Positions 13,101 to 25,330 of a DNA stretch of 64,000 bases are shown piece by piece. The stretch is taken from the NCBI GenBank assembly GCA_010909165.1, contig MU008171.1:310001-374000 (forward strand), given 5' to 3'. The first letter of the stretch is position 1. Each line of letters begins with the position of its first letter. The position numbers and the translations under genes are program-made. The notes below the pieces were generated by a model, which did no database searches, was not told the DNA's origin, and saw nothing but the letters and a program-made list of their open reading frames with translations. The stretch is from Anthoceros angustus. Its lineage: Eukaryota > Plantae > Anthocerotophyta.

Positions 13101-16100
13101 CTTTCTTCTTAAAGTTTTTGATCACTTTGGGACCATCCTCGGTGGACCTTTCTTCTTTTGGTACTTCTCAGGTATACTAGATTCACATGTGCTAACTTCT
13201 ATGGTTGCCAAACCTTCCAAGCGTGTGCCCCCTGAGTAGAATAATGTTACAGGACATGTTGACCCAACGAAGTGCGCCATAGCTGGACCTGGATTATACA
13301 ATTCAACTGCGGGGGCTTCCTCTTCCTTTGTGATCCAGCTGAATGATGCTAATGGGAACCCTGCAGTTGTGACGACACAGCTATCCACTTTGGGAGGGAT
13401 CACAGCAGTTTTGCACATGCAGAACACCACCTATGAGCTGGAAGTTAGGATGGCAAAAGATCCTGCATCAGGTTCACTGTTCGTGGCTTCTTATACTGCC
13501 ACGGTGGCCGGGACTTATGACATACTCGTGTACTACGCTGGACAGGTCCTCAAAAGTGGCCTTGTGAAGACTGTCTATCCAGGTAAGGTGGTTTCTTCCC
13601 TTGGCTCATCAACGGAGGCTATACGCATATTCTAAAGCTTATCGCTTGGATGCTGCAGGCCCATTGGACCCCGGAACCTGCTCTGCTCAGGGGCCAGCAC
13701 TTCAGGGCCCACAGAAAGCAGGAACGGGTCTCACATTCCAAGTCTACACCTATGACTCAAGCAGTAATTTTGTCCCACATACCAATGTTCAAGTTAGCGT
13801 GAGTCCAACGGATAGAGCCAGTGTGACCAACATCACCGTTGATGCCAGTGGTGTGACAACAGTGACCTTGGCTATTACTAAAGCTCCGCAAACCTACCTC
13901 GTTTATGTGATGGTGGCGTCCAATGTTGCTACTACTGAGGCAGGTGGTCCGCCACCTTTGATGGCTGATTCCAGCAATCCGTCGAACGTAGCTGGTAGTC
14001 CATATCAGATGACTGTCCAGGCAGGTACTCAAATGTGCAGCAAACCTTGCATTGGTTGACTCAAGGTCACGTTACATGCAACTTGCTACATATCTGCTCT
14101 TTTGTGCTCAGGAAGTCCAGACCCTACAGAGTGCACCGCAAGTGGAAACGGACTCAATGCACACGATTCACTGGGGCAGTGGAATCCTATCGTTGTGACA
14201 ATGAAAGACAGCTACGGAAACCCTGCTTCAGGATATTCTGCGTTGCTTGCGCTAAACATAGCAGGTGTGGGTGACTATGAGACCTCTGATATTCAAGATC
14301 AAGGCAACGGGCAATACCTCGTCCAGTTCAAGCCTGTTAACTTGGGAAGCTACCAAATCTCCATAAGCTTGCAAGGGCAACCTTTGCCTGGCAGCCCCTG
14401 GAGCACGACAGTAGTTGGTACATCAACTCCACCCCCTCCATTGCGAGTTTATCTCGACAGTGATGTGCATGAGAAGATGAAATCATGGCCAACTGCCCTT
14501 TCACATGATCCTAGGTTTTAATTTACCGATAGCAAACAATGACTCGGCTACTACTATGGATGGTAGCGCCGTGGCCATAAATGTTACAGGAAACGACCAG
14601 GTCTTCGTCGGAAGCGCGACTGTGTCAGACATCCCCTTGGTAAATTGCCAGCTTTTGTGGGTCCTAAGGTTTTTGTTGCCCACTTTTTCCACGCTGAAAA
14701 GACTTTGCTGTCCAGGCTCCTGGGAACGGTTTTGTCACCATCACGAATAACCAGCTTCTTTACACACCCAATCACCAGTATATTGGGACTGATTTGCTGG
14801 GCTACACCATTCAAGACGGATATAATCGCACAGCCATAGCATATGTGGCGCTGACTATAAACCTCAAGCCTCCACATATTGTCTCGATGCCGTCCATCAT
14901 TGCTGGATTTGAGGACACTCCTCTGCCAAGTTATGGGTGAGCTCAGTGGTTGCATGTTTATGAATGGTTTCTGAAGTTCTAGTTGGGATGTGGTTTATGT
15001 ACAACCAGCAGCATGGTAGGGAGGGATTGGGGCAAGTGCATGCTGTGGCATTGCGGTAACATTCATCCTGTGGCAGTGGTATCACAGGAATGTCGATTGA
15101 TTACAGTCGCCCGCAGGATGTGATCTATGTGAGCTTGAATGCCGGTCATGGAAGTGTGTATACAGCACAACCAAGTGGCGGCCACATCAGCCTGCAGGGA
15201 ACTGCCACATCATTGAACAGCAGCATACAGAATGTGCACTATTTGGGGTACATACAATGTTTTGTAGGCTCGGCGGTGGTGTGACAACGTGGAGAAACTC
15301 TCTCACACTTGCTGCTGGTTTGGCAGCAATAGGCACTTCAATGGAAACGATACTATCACACTGAATGTGAAGGACTGGCGTGGAAATGGTGATACCAGGC
15401 TCCTGATCGTTATTGTGCAGCCAGTGAACGATCCTCCCTGGGTGCAGGTACCGTCACCCTTGCAGATCCGCTCTTTGGCAGTGAACTTCGGGGGAGCAAA
15501 CATGCCAGGCATTATTGTTGGTGACCCTGATGCAGCAGATGTGAGGGGTAAGAGTCCAGAACTAATTGCACCTCTTGGTCCTGTTCCACCACAGGCTGCT
15601 GGCTAACTTTGTGACGAGTGTGCAGACGACCAGGCAGTGTTGTTGCTCGTGGTTGCGCTCGAGGTGGCTGGTGGTCTTCTCAAGCTGACGCTGCCAGTTC
15701 AATACAGACGGGATATAAGTCTCCTGAACAAGACAAACGATGTTTGGGTGGACAGACCAGAGGACTCCCTTGACGACGAGTTTGTGAACGTGCAGGGGCT
15801 GGGAATCCAATTCGTGGCCCCGGTGGATGTTTGCAACACTGCTCTTAACCACCTGGTGTTTGCAAAAGACGACCTGAATGTAGGCCTCTTACAAGCTTGT
15901 CAAGGCAGTACAGCAACAAGCAAGCTGGAGGGGAGCTGCTGCTGATGAGTGTCGTGGTGGGTGGAGTGCAGATTTCTGTTAGGACAGTGAACCTGTTTGT
16001 GAGCGTGAATGACGGCGGAGATTGGGGTGATTGCATCAACTGCACAAGCAACGCCTCTTTGCCTCTATCCATGAGCGTAATCGTCGAGATTGAGCTCCTG

Positions 16101-16835
16101 GACTGGTTAACAAAATTGGAGAACACTTGGTCTGACACCCTTTGTAAGTGCCCCCAGCTAGTGACAAGAGACTGCCTGTCTTGTGTACCATGAGCCTGAA
16201 AAGCAAGTTCTTTGGTGCAGTGGCAACAAGAAGAATATTAGGAAGCACCGCAGGATCGGTGGGCATCGCCTGCATTCTTTTGGTCCTCCTTGTGCTACAT
16301 CTTTCACGGAAGGCGCGGATGAAGTACAAGGCACTTGGATTTGTGGATGCAGATGAGCTCAATCAGGAGCTTCTATGCGAGCAATCAAGGGCGAGCGAAA
16401 CAATTGTTTGAGTGCTTGAGGAGCAACGGATGCATGCATCTTGTTTACAGCAATGTGTGTTATTTCTCAGGGGGTGTGTCCTGATGCAGATATTCAACCC
16501 GATGTGGATACCGGCGGCTGCGGGGGACCCTGAGTTTCGTGTCTCTTCCACCCCGAATCCTCTTCTTTTCCATGCGCGCAAGCATGAATTCAGACACAGG
16601 TAAGAAGACGTAGAGCCCCGCCGTTTTCAGCAAGGCAGATCGGCATGCAATAACGATGTCGAGGCATCCTGCGAGTTGCAGGTTGATGAAGGTGAACAAG
16701 GAAGTGGAGAGGGAGATGCTTCTAGGATTCAAAGAGCCGTCTGATTCATCAATTCATAGGACTGCGAGGCCGTCTGTATTCCAGGAGGTTTCAAGCTTGC
16801 CTGAGGATGAAGGAGCAGGAGCAGAGTGGTATTAG
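7200..16835 (+). CDS. GEX2-like single-pass membrane protein: hydrophobic N-terminus, ~15 filamin/Ig repeats, cadherin-like/Ig domains, TM helix, cytoplasmic tail; multi-exon
   Basis: About 15 repeat exons from 7454 to 14420, mostly ending SPF.F.V.PG|gt. Then PIANNDSATT..GSAVAINVTGND and FNGNDTI...VQPVNDPP (cadherin-like), VSVNDGG, and a TM segment VGIACILLVLLVLHL followed by RKAR (16260-16320). Probable last exons 16490-16599 and 16682-16835 (TAG). Confidence 0.8.
12304..12388 (+). repeat. 42-bp tandem duplication spanning an intron/exon acceptor junction
   Basis: tggattctcaaaaatgtgca(a/c)tgaaaacctgcaggtcctata occurs at 12304 and 12346. Confidence 0.95.
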
Positions 16836-16837
16836 GC

Positions 16838-16915
16838 TAGCTTCCTCCCGGCCCCTGTCGCGAGACAAGTGATTAGCTTCCTCCCGGCCCTTGTCGTCGC
16901 AAGACAAGTGATTAG
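16838..16915. repeat. ~37-bp tandem duplication
   Basis: tagcttcctcccggccc(c/t)tgtcg..agacaagtgat occurs twice. Confidence 0.85.
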
Positions 16916-18886
16916 TTGAGAAGGCAACAGAGAGTTCCAACCATCTCCACAGCCTACAGGCGCGGTAGGCGTATAGCACGAAGAACGGAGCAAGTGGACA
17001 AGGGAACCAGGATATCTCTAGCTACTCCGCAGCCATGCCTGCAAACAAGAGGATAATTGGAGCCTGGACTTGCCACGCCAGATGACATTCCTGATTCCTA
17101 GCGCTTGCAATCGTGTGCCGTCCCCGTCCGCATACAATTCGTTCGTGTTCGCTGCACAAAGATTTCTCTCAGCGACGGCTTGCAATGCAATAAAGAAGCG
17201 GCGATGGCGCGAAATTGCGGAAGAGTGACGTCGCCTCGTTCCCGAGTATGGATAGCCGAAGAGGAGAACATAGTAATCGCCAGCCTTTGTCACAAGAATG
17301 CGTGAATGAAGCCTGATGTGCTCAGCAGTAGATACATAGCATAGTCTATTGTAGTGCAGGGAGGCGAGGGTGACCACAAGCTCTGCAAGCAACCGGATCC
17401 TCTGCGGGGATGAGAGAGAAAGGGATATGATCCGCTCCGTCCAGGCTCCAGCTGGGGCCCTGGTGTGCGCCTCACCCTAAAGACCAAGTCCATCCTCTGC
17501 GCTCTGCCTGCTCTCTGCTCTGCTCTCGTACTCTCCTCTCTCATAACAGAACAGCTGCTGTCTCTGCAGTCTGCACCAAGCGCCGCAGCCCTTGTGTAAG
17601 CAGATTGAATGATTGTAATGTAGAGCTGGAAGCCGGGAACGCGGGCGTGGAAGCAACGCAAGCTCCGATTGTGATTCCTCTGTCCTTGCCTCATTTGCTG
17701 CTGCTGCTGCGCGGCCTGCCGCAGTCTTCCGCACGCCGCGCCGCACCGCAGCCGACAGCTGCGACCGCCTCAGGTAAAGGAAAGGAAAGGAAAGGAAGAA
17801 AAAAACCCTCCTGTTTCGTTAATCACTCAGGTTAATCACTTATGTTGTAATTGTTTGTACAGCCTGGTGTGTGTATGTACAGAATGTACTACCAGATTGT
17901 ATGTATGAGGATTGGTCTGTGGATCAAATGTATGTATGTACGATCGTACAAAATGTAAGATAGGCAAGGGCAGGGCAAGGCGTTTGACGACACCAGACTA
18001 CACCACATGATTTTTTACTTGGCTCACATCTTTGTTTCAAGAAGAAGCCGAAGAAGAGGCGAAGCAGAGGCGGAGGAGAAGGCGGCCCCGCCGTCGGGAG
18101 TCGGCCGCGTGATTGACGCTCAGACTTTAACTCTCGTGGTTGGAGTCGAGCTCGAGCTCAGGCCCCGACTCCCATGGTTTGCTCGCACGCTGTGGGCGCC
18201 GGAGATAACCAATGTCCTGAGCCCAGCACCAGCACCAGCACCGGCACCCGCCTGCTCTTTTCCTACCATTATTCTTGTCTGGAGGAGCAGGAGCAGCAGG
18301 CGAACAAGCTCAAGCAACTAGCTATAGTAGAGGCACCGGCACCAGGCCCGCCGGGGATGTTTGCTCCAGGTCTCGCACTCTCTCGCTTTCTGATGCTCGC
18401 CCTGTGGGTGATGGCTTTCTGCTCTTGGGTTGGGGTCCATTGGGCTGGAAACGGAGGGGGAGAGGATTAGTGTGGCTCATTTGCGGGTTGGAATCCCGGG
18501 TCGCCGTTGGTGCGCGAATGCCCGCCCGTGGTTTCGAATTCACCAGCAGACTAAATCTCATTCTGGTGTGCAGGATACCGCGCGGCTCCCTACGCTCAAC
18601 AGCTTCCTCCGCGGAGGCGATCTGCGTGGTTATGAGGTTCTGCACCTGCGCTCGCCCTGGTTTCTGCGTCTCGAATCCCGTGCTCTCGTGCCTTCTCGCT
18701 TCCCCGACCTTCTCACCACTGCTTACGTGCGCTGAATTCAGGCCGGCGGTGTCCATGTCCGTTACACACCTCGGCACCGAAGCAGGTGGGTTGTGGGTTG
18801 CGTTTTCCTTCGGTGCGTGGAGGAGGGATTAGCTTTTGGGTAGGATTCCTTTAGGGCTTACCACGCTCGTTGCCGGGCTGCAGAAC

Positions 18887-21800
18887 ATGGGTGACTGCGT
18901 GCCGGATTGGGACGAAATGGCTGGAGGAACTGAGGTGGGGATATCACTCGAGAATCTTGAACATCTTTTGAAGGAGAAATGGGATAATGTAGAACTCAAC
19001 TCTCAAATTAACTACTTAGCATCTCTGTAAGCTGCCTACCGTTTTTTTTCCCTTCGACATGAAGCTTTTGGTTTGCTCAGGATGGGATATCAATGTCGTG
19101 TGTGCACCAGCCGCAACCGTGGGTGACTAATGCAGGGACTGCTTGGCCTGCTTGGTCCGCGTATCAGTCATCATGTTTTGTCTTCTGTGTTGCGACACTC
19201 TGGACTTTGATAGCTGCGTGCTGCTTGCCAGGAATTTGAGAGTGGCAGGAATTTTTGGCTGCTGACGCTCATGTTAGCGTGCTACCTTCCAGGTCAGACC
19301 ATGACGTGAATCAAGGCTCCTGGGGGGATACTTCCTTGTGCACAAATCTTCGTGCTCACCTGGAGCACTTGGATTCCCACCGCTCATCGGTCTGTGACGC
19401 TGTAACCCCTTCTCACCCATCTGGTGGGAAGTATCTCAGTTCAGATCTGAGAAAGAGCTGTAGTGGTGACGGCGGCACCAATATCCACAATCCCCAGGAA
19501 GATGAGCTGGTCTCATGGCTTCAACCCCTGGAGGAGCCTGTGGAGAAGGAGCACCAACATTCCCTCTCTTTTAATTCCCCTCATGACTTTCATGGTGATC
19601 CCGGTGCTGCTTGCCATTTGCAACAGAAGGGTGTGTCTCTGCATAGAATGAGGCAACCAGCAGCAGCAAGTAGAGATGCAGCAAATCCAGGGATAGCCTT
19701 TAGTTCTGGAGCTGGAGGTGCTGTAGGAGTCCTGCCACATGGTGGAGAGGTGTTTAACAGGTTTCGGACCTTGGAGCCAGTCATGCCCAAGACACCTTGT
19801 CTTGAACGGCCAAGCAATGTTGTTCATGCCCCTGATTCAAACAGCAACCACATTCATCGTGTGTGCTCCCCGAGGGTGTCCTCAGTGATGGCAACTTCTG
19901 CAGTCGAATCTGTGTCGGAGCCTGCCAGCATGTTAAATTTTCCTCATTTTTCAAGGCCTGCAGCTCTGGTCAAAGCAAACCTGCAGAGCTTGGGTGTGTC
20001 TTGTATTCCCACAAGCCAACCCCTTCAGCGACACAACACATGTCCTAAAGGAAGTGCGACAGCCAGCCCACTTCCTTTTACACTGTCAGCCAGGTCTGGG
20101 GCCACAAACACCGGTTCTCCTGCAGAGAATGACATTTGCCGAGAAAGTTCGTATTCTCATACAGGGCTAGAGTCTGAAGGAGAGGGTTCAGGTGACAGGG
20201 CTTCCAAGCAACCGAGCTGTGCTGGCAGTGTGGAGGGTAATTATGCTATGCATGGTTGTTTTCCGTCTGCGAGCCTCACATGTGACTCCAATGATAAGGG
20301 GCTGCGCACGAGCAGCCATGAAGCCTCAGAGGCAACCTTTGGTTCCACCTCTGGTGGTTCCGGTACCAGTATGGTAGAGAATGTGAATGCGCCCCAAGCT
20401 AACATGAAACGACGACTCGCAGAAGAAGACTCTGAGGCTCCTGTTGATGTGTGTCTCGACTTCTTGTGCACTTCGCTTTTTCTCATTGTCTTGTCTTGGT
20501 TGCCTTCCAACAACTTTGGGCCCTCAGTCTTCAAAATGTCAACAGGATGCTAAAGATGAGTCAGTGCACCTGAAGAAAGCAACACCTGTACGCAGCAGTG
20601 CCACGAAGAGGAGCAGGGCTGCTGAGGTGCACAACCTCTCAGAACGGGTAAGTCTTTTCTGTTTCCACAACCACCACCCAAACACACTCCTGTATGCCTT
20701 GATCACTAGTATTCGTGTGGTCAGTTGATGATGCCTTGCATGATGTTTCAGCGGAGACGAGATAGAATCAATGAGAAGATGAGGGCGCTGCAAGATTTGA
20801 TACCAAATTCAAACAAGGTTTACACTCGAGTCTGGTATTGTCGGAATGTGCATAAGTAAAGTTGTTGTGCTGACCCCCGTTCATGTTTGTGTACAGACTG
20901 ACAAAGCATCCATGCTGGATGAGGCAATTGAGTATCTGAAGATGCTCCAGCTTCAATTGCAGGTTAGCTTTTTGGACTGTGTTCGTGCACTGTGTCTATG
21001 ACAACTCAATCATAAAAGTGTGCATAAAAAGGGTGTGCAGATACCTGGAAATCGTGAGCTGATATGTGTAAATGCTTTGATAGTTTCAGTCATTTCCAAA
21101 ATTGCAAGACTACTGCTTATCTTCTGAATGTTCTTGAGACACTGGGATGGGTTAAGTATTTTCCATCACGAGGGCATCGCTTCATACTATTAGCACAGAT
21201 TGCACAGGTCATGTTTAGTTTTGGAAAAGTACATTAAATAGTCAACTGTAGGATAGGCAAACCAGCTAGTGCAACACTTGCAGTGCTGCTGTCTGTAGAA
21301 ACTTGGATGTTGACTTGTTGTGGAGCTGTTGGACATGTGTCTTCTTTGGCCTTCACCCTCTGCTTTGTGTTAAGACTGCTTTTAGGAGAAGTGATTTTGC
21401 TCACTTGTTTACTGTATCCTTGTCAGATGATGTATGTGAGGAACGGTATCAAAATCCCACCTATGATTCTCCCACCAGGGTTGCAGGCACATGAATCTCC
21501 AGTGTGTGCACCTGATCCAAATTGGGGTGTTAGCATTGACAGAGGAAAGGCACCAGGCTCTGGAATGGGTTTAGGCAGGATGGACATGATTTCTCCTGGC
21601 CAAAGGCCAATTCCGCCATTTTATGGCCCCACCCATGTTCTGGGGGGAAGCAGCACATCTGATGATCAACTGCAAACAACAGCGCTCGGTGCGGAGGCGT
21701 GGAATGTCTGCCTTAGCCACCAGGACGCCCAGGTTGTCCGCCACGCCCATTTAGGACTCTGCAATAGTTAGTAATTGCTATTCGGTGATATGAAATTCGG

Positions 21801-21997
21801 CACAAATGCAGACTGACTGGGGGTTCATGAGTGCTATTTTGCTGGAAGATTTTTCTCGTCGTGCAGGCATCACTGTGCTCTGATGATGTGTCTCCCTGTT
21901 TTTATAGCCTGGAAACGTGGATAGGTACAATACATTTATGAGACACCGTCAGCAACAGCACCAACAGTTCCTGCATCAGCGCTACTATCAACAATGA
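18887..21997 (+). CDS. PIF: Phytochrome-interacting factor (PIF)-family bHLH transcription factor, multi-exon
   Basis: N-terminal MGDCVPDWD; QEDELVSWL motif; APA-like NFPHFSRPAALVKANL (~19935-19983); bHLH spliced over three exons (RSRAAEVHNLSER|RRRDRINEKMRALQDLIPNSNK|TDKASMLDEAIEYLKMLQLQLQ, 20610-20962); Q-rich last exon ending TGA at 21995-21997. Confidence 0.88.
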
Positions 21998-23228
21998 CCA
22001 GTGACAACACCCACCCTGATTCATGGTTGACAGTGAAGCAGATTTCTTGCTCAGTCCCACTCTCCCATAGCTGCATTACTGCCATGATGTAGTCTGAACT
22101 GAGACACTGGTTTGCCGCTCTTGCTACACGTCATGTTGGTTGTGATGCTGCTATTTGAAGCTCCTGATAGGTTCTTGATGTATTCAGCGTGCTATGACAG
22201 CCTCTTGCCAGGTGTTTCTTGTCTCTGAAATATCTTAATAATGTCTTGCCTCCTCAAGAGGCCGTTTCAATTACTGCTCAGAAATTTCAAAACTTAGAAA
22301 GACCAGAGACCAAGGATGCTGATGTGTTGAAACAAGGTACAACTGATGTTGTCAGGGAGTAAAGTTGTAATCTCCGGCCGACGGCACTGTACATAAGTGG
22401 ACCACTGCATCTGAGAATGCCAGATTAGGTTGTTTAGATTGATCCCAGCAGCGGTGTCGGATTTGGATCCAGATTCATTCGGACACCGGCTTCAAGGCGC
22501 TGTTCTTTAATCCGCAGGGGCCAGTGTAAAGTGTGGTAGGTGGTGCAAGTGACATGGTCGGTTGGAAATGTTGACTGGATACTGTATATTTGATAGCTCG
22601 AATCCAGCGCACACATCAAATACGAATCACCCCAATCCATTTATTTAGACATCGGATTCGTTCGTCTTCATGGTCGTCGCCTATCCGTCGTCACAATTTA
22701 ATGGCAAGCCGCTGGTGGGACCCAACTCCGGTGTTGAGTTCTAGGCTATGAGACTTGGCATGTTTTGAAGTTTGGCGACAAACCCATAAGCTCTAGCTCT
22801 CCATGATACAAGTTGTTAAGTATCCTCATAGCCATGTTGATGTGATCTGCTTCAATGACAAGATAGGTTATGTTAACTTTGATGCGGAATGCTTTGCGTG
22901 TACATTGTATTATCATTGAAGACAACGAATAAAGTCCCATGGCAGGAAAATTCCATCCACTGGACTGCAGTAGACGTCTTCTAATAGACTTCTTCTTCCA
23001 TCTTGGACTTTTGTTGGGAGGAGGATTCTTATCTCTACATCCTAAGTAGATATATACAATAATAATAATAATTTTATATTTGTCCATAAATATAGCCAGG
23101 AACCAAATGATACAATGCATAGGAGACTGATGATGGAGTACACATATTCACAGCACTGAAATAAGAGAAGCAAGAGAAACCACAAAACGTATATACAATC
23201 CAGCAAGACATGTTGATGATCAAGCAAC

Positions 23229-23346
23229 GATTTCCCGTATAGCCTTATCGTAAGTTTATCTCACCGAGGGGCTGAGAGTGCAGCTAAGAGATTTCCCGTA
23301 TAGCCTTATCGTAAGTTTATCTCACCGAGGGGCTGAGAGTGCAGCT
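23229..23346. repeat. Tandem duplication, 61-bp period
   Basis: gatttcccgtatagccttatcgtaagtttatctcaccgaggggctgagagtgcagct at 23229 and 23290. Confidence 0.95.
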
Positions 23347-23879
23347 CTTAGCTGAGAGCTGAGCTGAGTATGGATAAGGGAATGGAGGGGAAAGGGCCCT
23401 CGAAAACAATCTTCACCGACACCAATGCAAGCCTTAGGAATGTAGCCCTCGGTTAAGAGCAAAAGACGAAGAAATATTGGAACCCACTAAGGACATATAA
23501 GTGATATAAGTGTCAACCCGATATCTGGAGGCTTGTCACAAATCAACTCAATATTAACCTTATGCCACTCGCCATCACTCGACGCGCGACATGGTGCCTT
23601 AAACCCTACCACGGCTTAAAACGCATGGCTGCAGAAATTATTTATGCCCGAAAGTATTGTGTTTTATTGAGGGAAAAAACGATGGGGAAAAACCCATCCA
23701 GCATGGGACAATGAAGGTGGACCTCGGGGGTCAAGGTGAAAAAGAGCGACTAAGCTCCTTGTCTAAGAGGGCCAGCTCCCGGACCCCCTCACCACCTCCG
23801 AGCCCCAAGCGAAGAAGGGCGGAGAAGGAGCTAGCGGCCAAACGAGCCAAGGAGGTGGAAGGACCGGACCAGGGCACTC

Positions 23880-24620
23880 AGGACCTGAGGGTCTTGATCA
23901 GGTCCGGAGAGCCAAGTCCGGACTCCCTCCGGACTGCAGTGTGGCGGTCCTTAACGGACCGGGCAAAGCCCGCACCCATGACAGACTTCTTGGGTGCCTC
24001 TCCAGCAGTGGCCGTGGTAGGATTTGGCACAGGACTTGAGAAATTGATTGAAGTCCGTAGCCTTTGCCCCATACATTTTGAGTGCGAGCAGAATAAAGAA
24101 GTGGCCCCCTTGCATCCCGCTATATTTTCTGACCTTGAGAGCCACAGCACCGGCGACAGTCCAACCAGGACGGTTAGTGATAACCTGAATGGAGATGGTG
24201 TCTCGAGCAAGGTCAGTAACCACCACATCTGCCACCGAAACCTGGTCACCGCGGACAAAGTACAAGTCAGCCCTGATCGAGCGACATGTTCAAAGAATGT
24301 ACCCTCGCTCCCTCCAGGTCATGTAGTCGCTTTTGCGAGCTATGGCAAACATGACATCGCGGATAGCATCGTGGGTGGCGATGCGATGACCCCCATGGGG
24401 ACAACAAGCAGGTGTACCCCAGAGTGCATGCATGCAGACCAAACACCACGTTCTCGCAACCCCCTGGAGTAGCAATGCCAAATTGTAGGGGGTTAAGGTG
24501 CTGCCGGAGGAGGGAGCAGCACTGAAGGGCAATAGTATGGCTAACGAGCCACATGAAGGCTTCCCCAACCGCGAGTGGATGCACATCAGCGCCCGGGCAA
24601 GCTTGTCCACAGCGATGAGC
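23880..24620 (-). mobile_element. Relic RLE-type (CRE/R2-like) non-LTR retrotransposon, internally deleted and frameshifted
   Basis: RT N-terminal motifs HPLAVGE....L and LNPLQFGIATPGGCE (ORF 24267-24800); zinc knuckle C.HGGHRIATHDAIRD..FAIAR.S...W.RE (ORF 24290-24610); restriction-like endonuclease DVVVT...A.A...KVRKY......F...A...YG.......FL (ORF 23951-24265). Confidence 0.75.
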
Positions 24621-25330
24621 CTGCCGAATTGCTCGAAAGTCGGATATATGTTTTAAAGAATTTGAAGATTTTACATAGATATTTCCAAGTATACATCGGA
24701 ATCCCACAATGAGAGTTTTAGCCTGGAGTAACCCCATACAGCCCCGCACACTGTAGGGACCGAGGGCATGATTTATAAATAAGGAATAGATAACACCCAA
24801 CCCGTGTATGGAATTCCAATGAACCCATGTCTTGAAGGATGTTTAAAAACGTAAAAAGTTTGACAATTGGGAAATGAAAGCTAGCGAAAATTACGACGTT
24901 GTCGAGAATTGAACTCGCAAATGGCGAGCTGCATACGTCATAACTCACCACCATGCCACGAAAGAACGTCGAAATGTGAGCAATGCGTGATTTTAAAATC
25001 CCTATAAATACGTACATGTATAGGGTTTTAACCCTGATTCCCCAAAGCCCCGCGGCGGGAGTCATGAGAGGGCATCGCCGCGACTTAGGGCACCGGGGGG
25101 TATGGGGCCTAGGGAATGGGGCATGGGGCTTGGGGTATGGACTTGTTGACAAGCCGATAGGAACACCGGAACCGGATGGTGTCCGTCTTGGTGGGCCCCA
25201 CTGCTCAGTGCGCCACCACCTTGAGTTTGTAACGTTAAATAACTTCTGGCTTTATTTCTACTTCTCGTGTGTGCTCCAGCTGTTTGAAGTACACACTCGT
25301 GGCCTGAGACGCGCAAGTGCGAAGGACGAA

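Noticed and set aside
17405-17550. Possible miR529/156-like hairpin from GA/TC-rich arms
   Set aside because: Only ~9 contiguous complementary bases, in low-complexity sequence.
23657-24472. 271-aa plus-strand ORF
   Set aside because: Mostly antisense to the RLE retroelement relic; non-ATG start and no domain signature.
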